A program made the position numbers and the translations under genes. A model generated the notes under the pieces. It saw nothing but the letters and a program-made list of their open reading frames with translations, had not been told where the DNA came from and did not search any database. Below are positions 26,347 to 41,079 of a stretch of DNA of 62,396 nt, piece after piece. Position 1 is the first letter of the stretch, and each line of letters begins with the position of its first letter. Location: contig JBNGIO010006328.1 of assembly GCA_049999805.1 (NCBI GenBank), positions 93,626-156,021 of the forward strand, written 5' to 3'. Source of the stretch: Folioceros fuciformis. Taxonomy: Eukaryota.

Positions 26347-28720
26347 CTACTCAAAAAGCTTCCAACTACTTTTCGTTTCCCAAAATGCAAGCTTTCTTTT
26401 TGAGCTGTTATCAGAATTGGTAGGATCAACCAAGGTAGGAAGTGTAGGCAACATGGTCTTTGCTTCTGCCTCTGCTCTCAATCCCTTTAGCTGCCTAATC
26501 AATTGTTGGAATAAAGCTGCTGCATGTTGTTGCAAAAAAGGCCACTTTTGTAACATGGTTGTTAATTGTTGGCACAGACTTTCCATGTTTGGAGTCACAT
26601 CTACTAATTGGCCTATTGCTTGTGTGCATGAATGGTCCACTATGTGCAAGAAGATAGATGCACCTTGCCTTGCAACTACAATCCCTTTGTTATGACAGAG
26701 AAAGTTTTTCTAGAAGTCTATGCTTGCATCTTCAGTAATCAACATGCCACGTTGTTGATAATGTGTTTGAGCTTGGGCAACCTTGGAGTACCTGGCAAGT
26801 AACTTGTGAGTGGGGACTACATTGTCCATTGCCATCATGAAGCCTCTTGTCCCACGCTTGTATGTGCAATAACCCCATTGTGTTCCCGCACCACTCATAG
26901 TATATATGAACACACTTCCATGATCCTGACTTTGCACATAAGCAAGGCTAGGAGATACTATGTTGGGCAACAATACATCACTATCTGCAATGCACAAAGC
27001 CTTTGGAAAGGCGCTCTTTACTATTTGCTCCTACTTTGAGTTCCTAAGCATGCCAGCTCCTTTACATTGTGCTACTTACCAAAAATGTTTGTTCACTTCC
27101 TCAAACAAAATGTACAGAAGCTAGTCTAAACGCCGACTATGTAGGGTTTTTTTGGATAGCAAGCATCTGTACTTCAAAAGCTTGTGGTATGCCTCAATAG
27201 ATGAGTTGCAATCTTGTCCTCCATGTGGCATTGTACGCATAGCTTTAATCCACTGATGCATGTTACAACCCCACTGGTCCCTAAAGTACTTAACAAAGCT
27301 AGGAGCATGCTCACAAAAGATAGAAGTGTACCAATTTTTCTCTGTAAGCTTGCTTCACATCGACACTCTCATCAAAGTCCATATGCATAATGTCACCCAA
27401 GCACTTCATAATGGCTTGTCTTATGTGGGGTTCCTTTACTTTTTTCAGCAGCTGCCATAAACAGGCTCTCCTAAAATGCCACAAGCATAAAAAGATTTGC
27501 ATAGATGTTCCAAACACACCTTGGATGGCATTGATTTCTGCCATACAATCATCTACAAGAAAAGGAGTGGGCTGCCATGTAGACTGATGTTGTACCATCT
27601 TCTTATGCAAGCAATGCCACCACTATGAAATAGCATATGATGCGGCCTTACTTGTGACAACCCAAGCCACAAGAATGCCATTGAAGTGGTCATCAAATAC
27701 CAAAACTGTGAAGAGCTCGAACTTCCATTTGTTGGTGCCAAATGTGGCATCCATAGCAATGATCAAGTTGTGACCCCAACAGAGCACTGTCTGCATTTGA
27801 AATCACTCTGGATGCCTAGCGTGAAGTTTGTGGCATGGTCTTTTGTTCCTAGTAGTGGATAAAATACTTCAAATCTATGGATATCCATCCATAACTTAAC
27901 ACTCACCTCATCTTGTGCATGGAAACGTCACGCTCTGGCATCAAGTTCAGCTTATAAATTCCTAATGTCACTAGGAAGGAGAAATCATCTCTCTGAAAGC
28001 GCTACTTGTGGATCACCTTGCTTTCGTAAGAAAACATCAGACTCATGATCTTTCATGATCTTAAAAGCTGATGTCTTGCACAACAACTTGTACTCCACCC
28101 ATTCCTTTTTGGCCACATATAAATAAGGAGCCCGAATGCAATTTGGACTTGAGTTGATGGTAAGCGCTCCATGACAATATTGCCCTATGGAATCGATGTG
28201 GTGTGTTTCATGTAATCGTAATTCAGGTACATCAGGGAACATTTCAAGTTGGCTAACAAACACAAAAAATTGGCATCCACGCTTCTTACTCTCACCACAC
28301 ATCACCTTAGAGCGCCTACTGCCATCACTTGTCTTTGGTTTGTTAGTGAGATCGCACAAATGTATGATTCTATGAAATTGTATTTTTGGGAACCAAAAGC
28401 ACAACTGAATTTCATGTAATGGCAAGGGGTGGTTGGAGAGATTGCATTTTGCCAGATGCTTGACTGTGTCCACACGTCCACCCTTACCAACTTCATTAGA
28501 AAGAATTTTGATGCCTCCTCCCCAACGATGAAATCTGCATATCTTCCTCATGTAATGTAACAAGTTTAGATGGGACTAACTTTCTTCCCGAATGTGTGCA
28601 TAACATCTTGCCATTCCATGTTTCCTTTCAGAAAGGTCCTAGGCAAGGAGTTTCCACAATGAAAGGGCCCGTTCGTGGCTGAACGAGAACATCTGCATTT
28701 CCACACCCAACTTCCATCAT
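26347..28720 (-). pseudogene. Degenerate MULE transposase (DDE core plus SWIM remnant)
   Basis: Fragments broken by stops and frameshifts: RYADFIVGEE, SKKRGCQFFV...HIDSIGQYCHG, AMDATFGTNKWKFELFTVLVFDDHFNGILVAW, FLVDDCMAEINAIQGVFG...LCLWHFRRA and GYCT. Confidence 0.85.
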
Positions 28721-30532
28721 GATCTTTGGAATCTAGAGACAACCCGATGGTTCAAGTTCACCCGATGGAAGCACTCAATTGTGCACGCCGCTTGGGTGTG
28801 CACGTTGCTTCAGACGCAGTTCGGAATAGCAACATATACGGGATGCCTTGCATTTGTGGCTTAGAACATTTGAAAGGTAGTTGTGGTGTCTCCTCTCCAA
28901 ATTTCCGTGCCGTAGATGTATACAGCTAGAATACAGACAGTTACGGTTACGCTGCAGTGAGATTACAATGATCCGGGACGGCATGCATTACGGCCAGGCA
29001 CTCTGTCTTTAGAGCTCAGATTATGGACACGGTGACTTTGCGCTTAGCATGATGCAAACAAAGACATGACCATGACGACCTGGCCCTTCGGGTTTCGTGC
29101 CCTCAATTACTTTGTAGTGGCGAAAAGCGCCTGGCTGGTGAAGCAGACAAACGTGCTGATTAGAAAGTTTGTTAGCCTCATGTTTCAGAAAACTTCTCTG
29201 AGGAGACGCAGGGAATTTTCATTGAAGGAGACCAGAAGACCAGAACTAGACTCATTTGATCAGACTTCTTTGATGGCTGAGGAAAGGCAAGTACCCTGAG
29301 CTTGTCAACAAGGGCTTGCTTATGCCTTACGTCTGTCCCTACTGGTGTGAGCCAACGAGGCCCGTGTTGACCGAGGTGACAGGAAGGTAAAAAGTGCTTT
29401 TCTCACAGTAGTGGTCTCTGAAAGGTCCATTTACACGTGCAGAATGGAGCACAGCGACAGTGAGGATGAACCTTCCCTTCATTACGGCAGGCTTCAAAAC
29501 AACCAAATCAGGTGAGGAATACGGGGACAGAATACCTTTCGTCAAGTGGCCTGGTGTTCGCAGAAGAGTTGTCACCTGTGCCATATACAACATATTTGAC
29601 ATGAAGGTCAGGCGGTCAGTTTCAGGATGAGAACTCTTCCTTTACCTGTTCAAGCGGAAGGCTGCTGCTCCTTCCAACCAGGCCGGCCTCAGAATGGAGG
29701 ATCAAACAAATCAATCACACTCTGCCACTGGCACTGCCACCACTTGCAGCTCCCCTCCAGGACAGTTGGACAGGCCCATTGATCAGAAGACCCAACTATC
29801 ACAAGAAAATCACAATGTAGTCATCCAACATCCTTCAGGAGAGTCAAACAGGTTAAAAAACAACAGCTACACGTAGGATAACATGGAGCATCAAGATGAT
29901 AAGGGTTGGGTGTCAACACTGAGATCCAGAACGGCACAACAGAAAGAAAGGTACAAGAAAGATCAACTGCTTGTATATTCGCTGCCTGAATTATGAACTA
30001 TTATTATTTAGCCAGATTCCAGCATTACATTTCCGACAGTTCGGCAACCCCTCAAAACATATGGTTGTGAAAGAAATACGAATGGAAACCTCTAGAGTGC
30101 TAAGGGATTCCAGTTGGGAGGATTTCGCACACTTACAGCACGACCCAGCTCTTGTGAGACAGACTCTTCTCACACTCTTCAAAACCATCTACAGCGCACA
30201 CGTCTGAGAGGAAATTGAGTCTATTAAACTACGGTCGTAGGTAAATTCACTACTGGGGCGTTTGAATGAGCAGGACAAAGACCTCCACTTTCTTCCCTCG
30301 TAAATTCCTCTTCATAAAAGTTGCTGTTTCCAGATCCAAACTCCACTCTTCAGACTCTGACTCCTCTTTTTCATATTTCTCCTTCCTGAAATAATTGATT
30401 TCAAAAGTTCTGCATCATTACTTCCTCCACTGCTTTCTTCTTTGTCCGCTTTTAAGTTTGAGCATTCGAGTAAGTGTTTTGCACTAAGCCAGCAGTAGCA
30501 GAGACACCTTACCTCAAGCACAACTCTTTGCA

Positions 30533-31998
30533 TCAAGCACGAAGAGTGTGCTCTCTCAACTCGGTTTCTCCATGTGCAAAATGGCAACGCTCCCCATAGG
30601 CGCAAGTTCCCTGCGAATAGTTTTCACAGATCTTGGTCTTGAAGTGGTGGGGGCCAGATCCTGTAGGCTTAGCAGGCATAGCATCCCTGTTCATGAGGAC
30701 TTGCCTGACCATAGAACTAGCCTGCTGTATCTGCTCAAAAGACCCTTCCATCTCAACGTTTCTCAGGTTAGGATCAGACTCGTGGTCTCGGATCGATAGT
30801 TTGGCTCCTGTTTGCCGACATATATTCTTTGCATTTACTCCACATTTACCAATAATGGCCCCAGCAAAGGATGCCTCAATGCTGATCTTTGCGGTGGACA
30901 AGGCCCCAAATGATGCAGCAGCTGCCAATCCAGGGGGAGTTGGCTCTCTATAAGACACACCTCCCCTGTACCCACGTCCCAGACTATCCCGGAATCCCCC
31001 ATACCTACTCTCTGATGGATACAATGATGGTGAAGTGCGATAACTACTACCTGAAATAGAGGGGGCAGCAAGTCGTTCCCTAGATAACTCCAGGGAGGTG
31101 TAGCCGGGATACAAATCCCGGTCACTTAAGAGAGAGGAGACTCCACCTGATTTTCGAAGCTCTCGCTCACCATGAGCAAAATGACATTTATCTCCATAAC
31201 GACAACCCTCAGATGTGTCGTATCGATTGCAAAGCCTTGTTTTAAAGCCTCCTAGGTTAGCCCCTTGATCTGGTGACAGGTCAGCTGACAAAGGAGGCCC
31301 AGACGGACCAACTCCCGTCATGGACTTCCTCACGCTCCCTCCTGCCAGAGCAGCTGACCCAGGGCTTAAACCATACGACGAAACACCTCCCGGCAAATAG
31401 TGCAGAAAATGGCACCCTTCCCCATAGGGACAACCGGATGTACTGCAACACCCCTCCCCATGGTCACTATGAGGATCCCAGACAGAACTATCTGGCATTC
31501 ATCATACAGTAAGGTTAGGTGGCACTCAATACCTGAAAAATTTAGTGCAAGGTTTCGTCCTGTTCGAAGCGTTCCCACCACCTCCCATATCCTTATCCTT
31601 ATCTGATGAGCCACATGTGCAAATCACCATTACTCAAAAACAGAACCTCTGGCATGCATCGTCTGCCAGAGACGAAACTTCAACTAAGCCCGTCATCTTC
31701 CAAGTTACAAGTAGAAAAAGACAGCTTGCTGACAGGAAAAAACATCAGCAGCGGCACCCTCTTCTACCATGATAGATTGCAGCACAATCACCCTCGCCCC
31801 ATTCCCGACGCAACAATCAGAAACACACCAGACTAAAAACAAAGATGCAAGCACCAACAACACATAAAAATCGTCAAACCAATCACCTTCGATGTATCTT
31901 CTTAGCTCCAAATCATTGGATGAATAAACATTGCCATTGGTACTCGAACCGATCACATCCCCCCTCGGCCTCTTGCGGGGAGGCCCGTAAGGGTCCAT
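30533..31998 (-). CDS. CCCH zinc-finger/KH-domain RNA-binding protein (KHZ-like), multi-exon
   Basis: TKPCTKFF|STSGCPYGEGCHFLH, FKTRLCNRY..GCRYGDKCHFAHG, KH domain AKISIEASFAGAIIGKCGVNAKNICRQTGAKLSIRD, and a third CCCH FKTKICENYSQGTCAYGERCHFAHG; ATG MDPYGPPRKRPR at 31998. Confidence 0.93.
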
Positions 31999-33649
31999 AA
32001 CCACCTCAGACTGCAACCGATGGCGTCTGAGCCGCAAGATGCTGGAGAAAAGAGCGCAGTCAAGTCCCAGTCTCAGCAACCTCCAGGCGTTCCAAGCAGG
32101 CTTGGCTGTAGCCGATCAAAACTACTGAACAAGCAGAAGAAACAGGCCTCCCAAGAGCGTGGCTGTCCACCGCAGCGCGTGCAGGAAGCAGTGGTGCCTA
32201 CGAGCCGCCAGGAAGAAAAATCAGAAAGAAGGCGGCGCAGAGCTTCAATACACACAGTTTCAAACCTACGGCCCGATATAGGCACGAGGAACACTGCACC
32301 GGGTGCAAACACGGGCCAGCAACTTACTATTCTCTCCTTGCCCGGCCTTCAAAGATTGCGCGGCACCGCAGCTGGATGCACGACAGTCACAAACATAGTA
32401 AAGACCAGTTCCAATCCCGCTCAGATCCGCTCCCCGCTCCCGCCAGATTCCGGAAGCACACAGCCTTGCGCCACAGCCAAGGTACACTCTTGCTGCAACG
32501 CCTGCGCACCAGGCTCCAATCCTGCTCCAAGAAAACTGCAACCGTGGCGCGTAGACAGCGGCGTCCCCCGCCTCCCCGCCCACTCTCCGTCCTGATTCCG
32601 GCGCTCCCACAGCTCGGCAGCAGGAGACAGGTTCGCAGAGCCGCAGACNNNNNNNNNNNNNNNNNNNNNNNNNNNNNNNNNNNNNNNNNNNNNNNNNNNN
32701 NNNNNNNNNNNNNNNNNNNNNNNNNNNNNNNNNNNNNNNNNNNNNNNNGCGGCGGGCCTACAGGCCCAGGCTGGGGGGATTTCGGCTCCAGAGGCACCCG
32801 CTCTATACGTCCCCACGCATCCAATAGCAGGCCTCAGTGAGCGAAGGAGTTGTAGCTCTGTCGGTACCCCTCCTTCAACACCACGCATGTGCGGGCTTTT
32901 CTTTCTCCCCATTTTGTACATTGTCGGATATTGTATATTTCACCTGAACTCGAGAAGATTTAAATCCTGATAGGAGTATCATTGGCCTGGGAACAAAGTC
33001 CCTAATCTCCGCCCCTCTGCTTCTTCCCTTGATCATTTCAGATGCGTATCTTATCTTACGATGAATCGACTGCTTGCTCAATCAATTATTATGTCCCAAC
33101 CAGTCCATGGCCATGACCCGCGCTTACTTCGTCATGTTTCAAATAATAATCATTTTTATGTTTTCGGGGAATGGGTCATTTTATTTACTTCACCTTCAAG
33201 GATCTGCTTCGATTTGTGTGGACCGTTGTCATCCCCTACGGCCAGAGCCAGGCCCTGACCACCTGCTGTCTACCCCCCCATCTTCTTGACTACTTGGAAA
33301 ATTTTCGAGTGCACTGCAAGCAAACGTTTCACGTCTCACGTCTCACGTCTCACGTCTCACGTTTCCGAAAGATGTCCTGGTTTCATACGTGACTTACGTC
33401 TGTCCCGCGTGAAAGTCAGCATTCAAGGCAGGAAGGCGGGAGGAAGAAGCAAGGGCACCGCGAGTATCGGGAAGGTACATGAACGACTGGTGGACAAAGA
33501 GACCGATACCCGCATGCAACTCCATGAAGAGGGGGATGGGCCGGCTTAAGCCCTTCAGGAGGGTTTTACTCTTGTCCGCTCTTGTGCTTCCGTTGGCTTA
33601 GGGGTCAGGACTTTATATGAAGCAATAGGTTTCTTATGCGGAAGGGAGC

Positions 33650-34116
33650 ACCTTTTTTTTATCATTTCTCCGGCATTGGAGGAAGGGGAAGGGGCTTGTC
33701 TTCTCGGTCGTGTGAGGAGCGGCTTCTCTTTGTCATTTTTCAGGCATTGGAGGAAGGGGAAGGGGCTTGTCTTCCCAGCCGTGTGAAGAGCGGCTTCACT
33801 TTTGTTATTTTTCATGCATTGGAGAAAGGGGAAGGGGCTTGTTTTCCCAGCCATGTGAGGAGCGGCTTCTCTTTTGTCATTTTTCAGGCATTGGAGGAAG
33901 GGGAAGGGGCTTGNNNNNNNNNNNNNNNNNNNNNNNNNNNNNNNNNNNNNNNNNNNNNNNNNNNNNNNNNNNNNNNNNNNNNNNNNNNNNNNNNNNNNNN
34001 NNNNNNNNNNNNNCTTCCCAGCCGTGTGAGGAGGGGCTTCTCTTGGAAGTGGATGAGGGGCTTCTCTTGGAACTTCTCTTGGAAGTGGATGAGGGGCTTC
34101 TCTTGGAAGTGGATGA
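33650..34116. repeat. ~72-bp tandem minisatellite (at least 4 units, spanning an N gap) followed by short ~23-bp repeats
   Basis: ggcattggaggaaggggaaggggcttgt recurs at a 71-72 bp period (cores near 33681, 33752, 33824, 33896); gaggggcttctcttggaagtggat repeats after the gap. Confidence 0.88.
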
Positions 34117-35170
34117 CGATTCGTTTTGCTATCTGCAGTTTATAGAACAAGCTGCACATTTACTCATGTACAACTAATTGTTACAGTATATGAAATGAGT
34201 CGGAATGTCTTTGTTTTGCCATTGGATCGCTTTCCATGATGTAGGTGCAATTTTGCTTTTGTCTTTGGTTATTTTGATCACATGGCTTTCAATGTTGTAG
34301 ATGCAAATTTGTTTTGGATTCTGGTTGTTTTGCCCTTATGTTGCTTGCCTTGGTAAAGAAAAGCTTTCGCAAAGTAGTTTTGTACATCTTGCAAGCATCT
34401 TGGGAATCTGCGTAAGTAGGTTGCAATTGAACCAAGCAACATTCTCACTGGCTACTTTGTCTATTGCTACCTTCTGACGAAACAGATCCCTATTGGCTAG
34501 CCTTGAGGTCGATGCATTATGGTGAGATCCCTGCTAGCTGGCCTTGAGGTCGATACATTCTTCTTAGCTGAATTGAGAGTAAGGGAGGTGATAGTTGGTG
34601 TAGAGAATGCAGTACATGTGAGCCCTGCACCACAAAACAAAGAGACAAAAGAAAAGGGTATGTGTTTGTAGAGTTCTATGTGTGGTAACAAAGAAGCCTA
34701 ACATGATCATAGTGTGTTTGGGAAGGTGTGATATGAAAATATTTCTTCGTGATACCGTAGGCGGAAGAGATTATTGATGTTAGAGCATATACCCGTCAAA
34801 AGAAATGTTAAGTGTGCTTTTCCTACGAGAACTGGAGATGTCGGAGAATAATAATTCTCGGACATAATACGTACTGTAATTCCCTGTTTAATGGGACCTT
34901 GGAGCGCGGGAGTCCTTGCGAGAAGAGAGGGCCAGCTTTCTGAACCAAGCACGGCCTGTTCTGTTCAGACCTAGAAAAGGCGACTTGTTTACTTGTAGCG
35001 AAGCTTAAGACTCCCGCGCTTTGTTGGTCATTCATTTGGTTGAACAGCAGCAGGGTTGGTTCGCTATCTCCTCCTCTACGCTCGGCCGCCCTCGGTTGGT
35101 TTTTTTTTGGGGCCCTCGTCTGTGGCCGGGCACGGGAGGGAGGGCTTGAAGTTTCTTTGGGGCTGCGGGC

Positions 35171-35783
35171 ATGGCGGCACACGGCGCGGACGACGGCACC
35201 ACGACACCGGTGCACGGCTCTTCAGGTGTGCACAACGCGCATGAGGAAGAGAAAAAGCCACTTGATGGCTCGCAACACATCAACCTGAAGGTCAAGGGCC
35301 AGGTAGCGCTTCTAGGGTTGAACCCTTGCTCTGATGAAATTGAACACTTGATGGTTGAGAGTGTGCTCTAGGGTTGGCTTGTCGCTGGTGCGATTTTGCC
35401 TGCTCAAGAACTGGTGCGGTATTGGATGATGCCGTGTTCTTAGTGGCGGGGGTTTTTGTGACTGTTCTGATAGGATGGAGGCGAGGTCTTCTTCAGGATC
35501 AAAAGCTCTGCGACTCTGCGCAAGCTTTTCACTTCGTACTGTGAGCGGCAGTCGGTTGATGCTAGCTCTATTGCCTTCCTCTTCGACGGACGACGCCTTC
35601 GTGCGGATCAGACCCCTGCTGAGGTGTGCTAACTTGTTCGCTTTCTTCTACTTCGAATTTGCCTGTACCACGACTGCAGGAGCAGTTTGATTCATTACGG
35701 GGACGTGGTTTTGACAGCTGGACATGGAAGACGGAGATGAGATCGACGCTATGCTGCATCAGACAGGTGGCGTATGCTATTGA
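35171..35783 (+). CDS. SUMO: Small ubiquitin-like modifier (SUMO1/2 type), 3 exons
   Basis: [23 protein letters not shown]...YCERQS....[38 protein letters not shown]; di-Gly motif with a 3-residue propeptide. Confidence 0.96.
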
Positions 35784-36242
35784 CGACAAGTAGTCCGACA
35801 CTTGTTTCAGTGTACATTACTGTGTCGAAAGTCGGGTCTGCAGGAGTGTCCTAGCCTGCGCTTGATTCATCGGTAAGATTGTGGATAGATTTGTCCAAGG
35901 GCTTAGCGTAGTGGAACACTTCTCTTAGTGGTACTTATGAAGAACTTTAGGGTGGCGGCTAACGATTATCGTGGATGATAGTAAACAACTCGTGCTTGTA
36001 TGCCTTCCACGACTGGTCCTGTAATGTCCTGCAACGGAAAGATCTAGTCGACCGATCTTCAGCTTCTGTGCAGGCAATTTTGTTGCGATATTTGAAGCTG
36101 TCTATGTGTTACGCATGAACGAGGCTATCTGCTGTTTTCTCGGTTACTGTATGGATGGATACCTTTAAACGGACACTGGCTTAATGTACATGTTTGGCGT
36201 TTGGTCTGATATGATACACGAAGCAATGGCTGTAAGTACTGC

Positions 36243-38327
<2,085 letters not shown>

Positions 38328-38937
38328 TTATAATACATTTTTATAACATCCAGTATGCAAAATGATGGCGTCCCTGAATCCATTAGGAGGTTTCGTGTCA
38401 GAATAATTTCTTATTTACTAGTTGTAAAGGTTTTTTATATTTTATTAAAAAGGAACGGAAATCCTATCTACATAAAAATTAGTAGATATGAAACCTGCCT
38501 ACCATCGTAGGATGTCGTGGTGTGAAATAAGTTCTTTATAATTTTATAAGTTTATTTTAATTATATATTAATATTATCCCTTGAGCAATAAAATATATTT
38601 TAAAGACACTAGATAAAATGAACAACTTGGTTCATTTCACTATCTCTTGTAAGGAATGTTTTTGAAATATTTATAAATATATTTTTAAGTATTTAAAAAT
38701 ATATTGGAATCATTTAACCTACTAGATCTAGGTCATGACCTCTTAGAAATTGGTGATCTAAAATATATCAATGACCCATTGCTTTTGGTATTCTCTCTTC
38801 CTTTGTACTATGATACCCCAACTAGGAACTACTACCTTGAATTACTATAGTACCTCACTAGGACCATCGTACCTACCATACCTTCTCTAGCTTTGTTATC
38901 GGTTCTTAAGAATTTAAACAATCAGATTATGACATCA

Positions 38938-39178
38938 TAGTTCCTAGCACTTTTCAGTGTGCCAGGGATGATTGGGAACATCACCAAGTTTCTTTGTCAG
39001 CCCCCTTTAGGGGAGTTTAGTTTTAAAGGGGGAGTTTAGCCTTCTGCCCATGCTACCTTCCTCGGTAGTTCCTAGCAACTTCCAATGTCCCATGGATGAT
39101 TGGGCACATCACCAAGCTTCTTTGTTAGCCCCCTTTGGGAGAGTTGGCATTGTGCCCAAGCTACCTTCCTCAGTAGTT
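38938..39178. repeat. Two-copy imperfect tandem duplication (units start ~128 bp apart)
   Basis: tagttcctagca...ggatgattggg.acatcaccaag.ttctttgt.agccccttt...gctaccttcctc.gtagtt at ~38938 and ~39066. Confidence 0.75.
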
Positions 39179-39379
39179 GGGTCGTTTTGCTTCAAAATTA
39201 GTCTCTTGTTTTTTGATTCATGATTCCCCTCATCTAGAGGACTTTACCTTGAGTGTTAAGGATAGAGTTTTTCCTTTTACATGTGTCTTCTAGGCAAGGG
39301 AAGGACTCTTTACTGTGAAGGCTCATGAAGCCTTGCCTTCTCACACCACCTTCTCCAAAGAAGGGTTGAGGGGTCTTCA

Positions 39380-39626
39380 AGTCTCCCTCCTATAAAAACA
39401 CGTGCAAGCACTAAGAGCCTTTCCTATAGACTCATCCTCTCAAGCTTTTCTCGGGCTCATATTTGCTCCTACTCAAGTAAAGCAGTAACCTCTTGGCTTT
39501 TGGTTGGACCTTGCATTGGATTGGCAACTTTTGCAATTCGACAAGATTCCGCCTTGGTTTGGTCTGCCTTTGGCTCTTTCTTTCTCTACATGTAGTTGTG
39601 GGGCTGCCATTGTTGATTTAGGGTCC
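39380..39626 (+). mobile_element. RLE/CRE-like non-LTR retrotransposon relic, 5' part (interrupted by the outer Copia)
   Basis: Degenerate translation SRAHICSYSSKAVTSWLLVGP...RLG...STCSCGAAIVDLGS resembles the CRE-type RARLLS...AGAWL.A.P...RLG...CxCG region; it continues after 51455. Confidence 0.62.
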
Positions 39627-41079
39627 CAAAGTGGGGCACAAGTCTTGAGAAAGGATGATTTTCATTGATGAAAGGGGCATATTTATACATGTACTGATTG
39701 CAATTATAACTGCTCTCATCATAACTAACTGGTCCAATAACCACTGAGGTTAAGCGTAGTAATTGCCATCTACCACATTCTAGTTGTGATTAAATCCTAC
39801 ACATGTGAACCGTGCCCTAAACTGTGCTCCTGGTGCAGTCGGCGTACAAGGTCACAACACTCCCCCTTGCTGCGAAATGGGTGCAACAACTCAGAGTGAT
39901 GTTGAAGATGGCTTCAATCTCCCACGCCTGCCTGCAACCGGTGCTGAGCATTCTGTCGGCTATCTGGTGGCTTCTTCAGCTTGCCTCGCTTGTCATCGAT
40001 GCCATTGGTGACAGAGTGACACGTTTGGCAAAAGCTAAAGTACCCAGGAGCAAAAAGCTGAAGGAGAGCTCTTTTCTCATGAAACANNNNNNNNNNNNNN
40101 NNNNNNNNNNNNNNNNNNNNNNNNNNNNNNNNNNNNNNNNNNNNNNNNNNNNNNNNNNNNNNNNNNNNNNNNNNNNNNNNNNNNNNTTTTCTCATGAAAC
40201 ATGGGCAAAAAGCTTCACAGTCTGAGAACGACTCGATCAGCTTGGAGCAATTGAAGATAGCAATGACACAACTTCTTCTAGAGAGTGATGATGGTGTTGT
40301 GCTCTGAGTTGTTGGCCGTATTGCGACTCCGGGTGTTCGAGTTTTGTGTGTTCTCAGGGGCCTTTCCCTAGAGTTGGAAGATTTGCTCCCCCACCATGAT
40401 AAGCTTCTCGTGCCGTCAGACCTATTGCTGTCGCATGCCGCTCGTGTGGTGTCTTGGAAAGTCCCTTCATAAGCAAGTCTGCTGTGTTCTCTTTTGTCGC
40501 AACATAAGTGAGGGTGACTTGCTTCATGCTCACCACCTGCCGGATGAAGTGGTGCTCAACGTGCTTCGTCCTAGCATGCAGCATTGAATTCAGGGTCATG
40601 GCGGTTGCTGATTGATTGTCGCACTTGAGTTCAGTTGGTTGATGTTGCGTCTCGTTCACGCCTTGTAGGAATTAACATATCCACAGGATCTCTTTAGCCG
40701 CCATTGAAGTTGCAGCGTACTCCGACTCAGTGGATGAAAGGCATACTGTTGGCATCTTCTTGCATGCCCAGGAAACAAGTGAACCATTGATCATAGCGCA
40801 TTATGCTGCAGCAGTCAACTTTTTGGCATCAGGGTCTCCTGCCTAGTCTGAGTCTGAAAAACAGGTGAGTACCAGTCTGCTACTTCTATCTGGTCTGTAG
40901 GGAAGTCCTAGGGATCTGGTTCCTTTTAAGTATCTAAGGATTCGCTTGACACATGTACAGTGGGCTTTTCCAGGGTTGGAAAGATACCTGGATGCTACGT
41001 TGACAGCCTGAGAATTATCTGGACGAGTCCAGATTGCTAAGTATAGAAGGCTACCGATGGCCTCACAATAAGGTATAAG

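Larger units (their letters stand above)
24868..29134 (-). mobile_element. Mutator-like DNA transposon (MULE) with ~218-bp TIRs and a probable 9-bp TSD
   Basis: 24868-25086 is an imperfect reverse complement of 28919-29134; flanks are caggtgaag (24859-24867) and ctggtgaag (29135-29143), 8/9 identical; a degenerate MULE transposase lies inside. Confidence 0.88.

Noticed and set aside
33650-34116. Possible CRISPR-like array
   Set aside because: Whole units repeat with no unique spacers; eukaryotic context and no cas genes.
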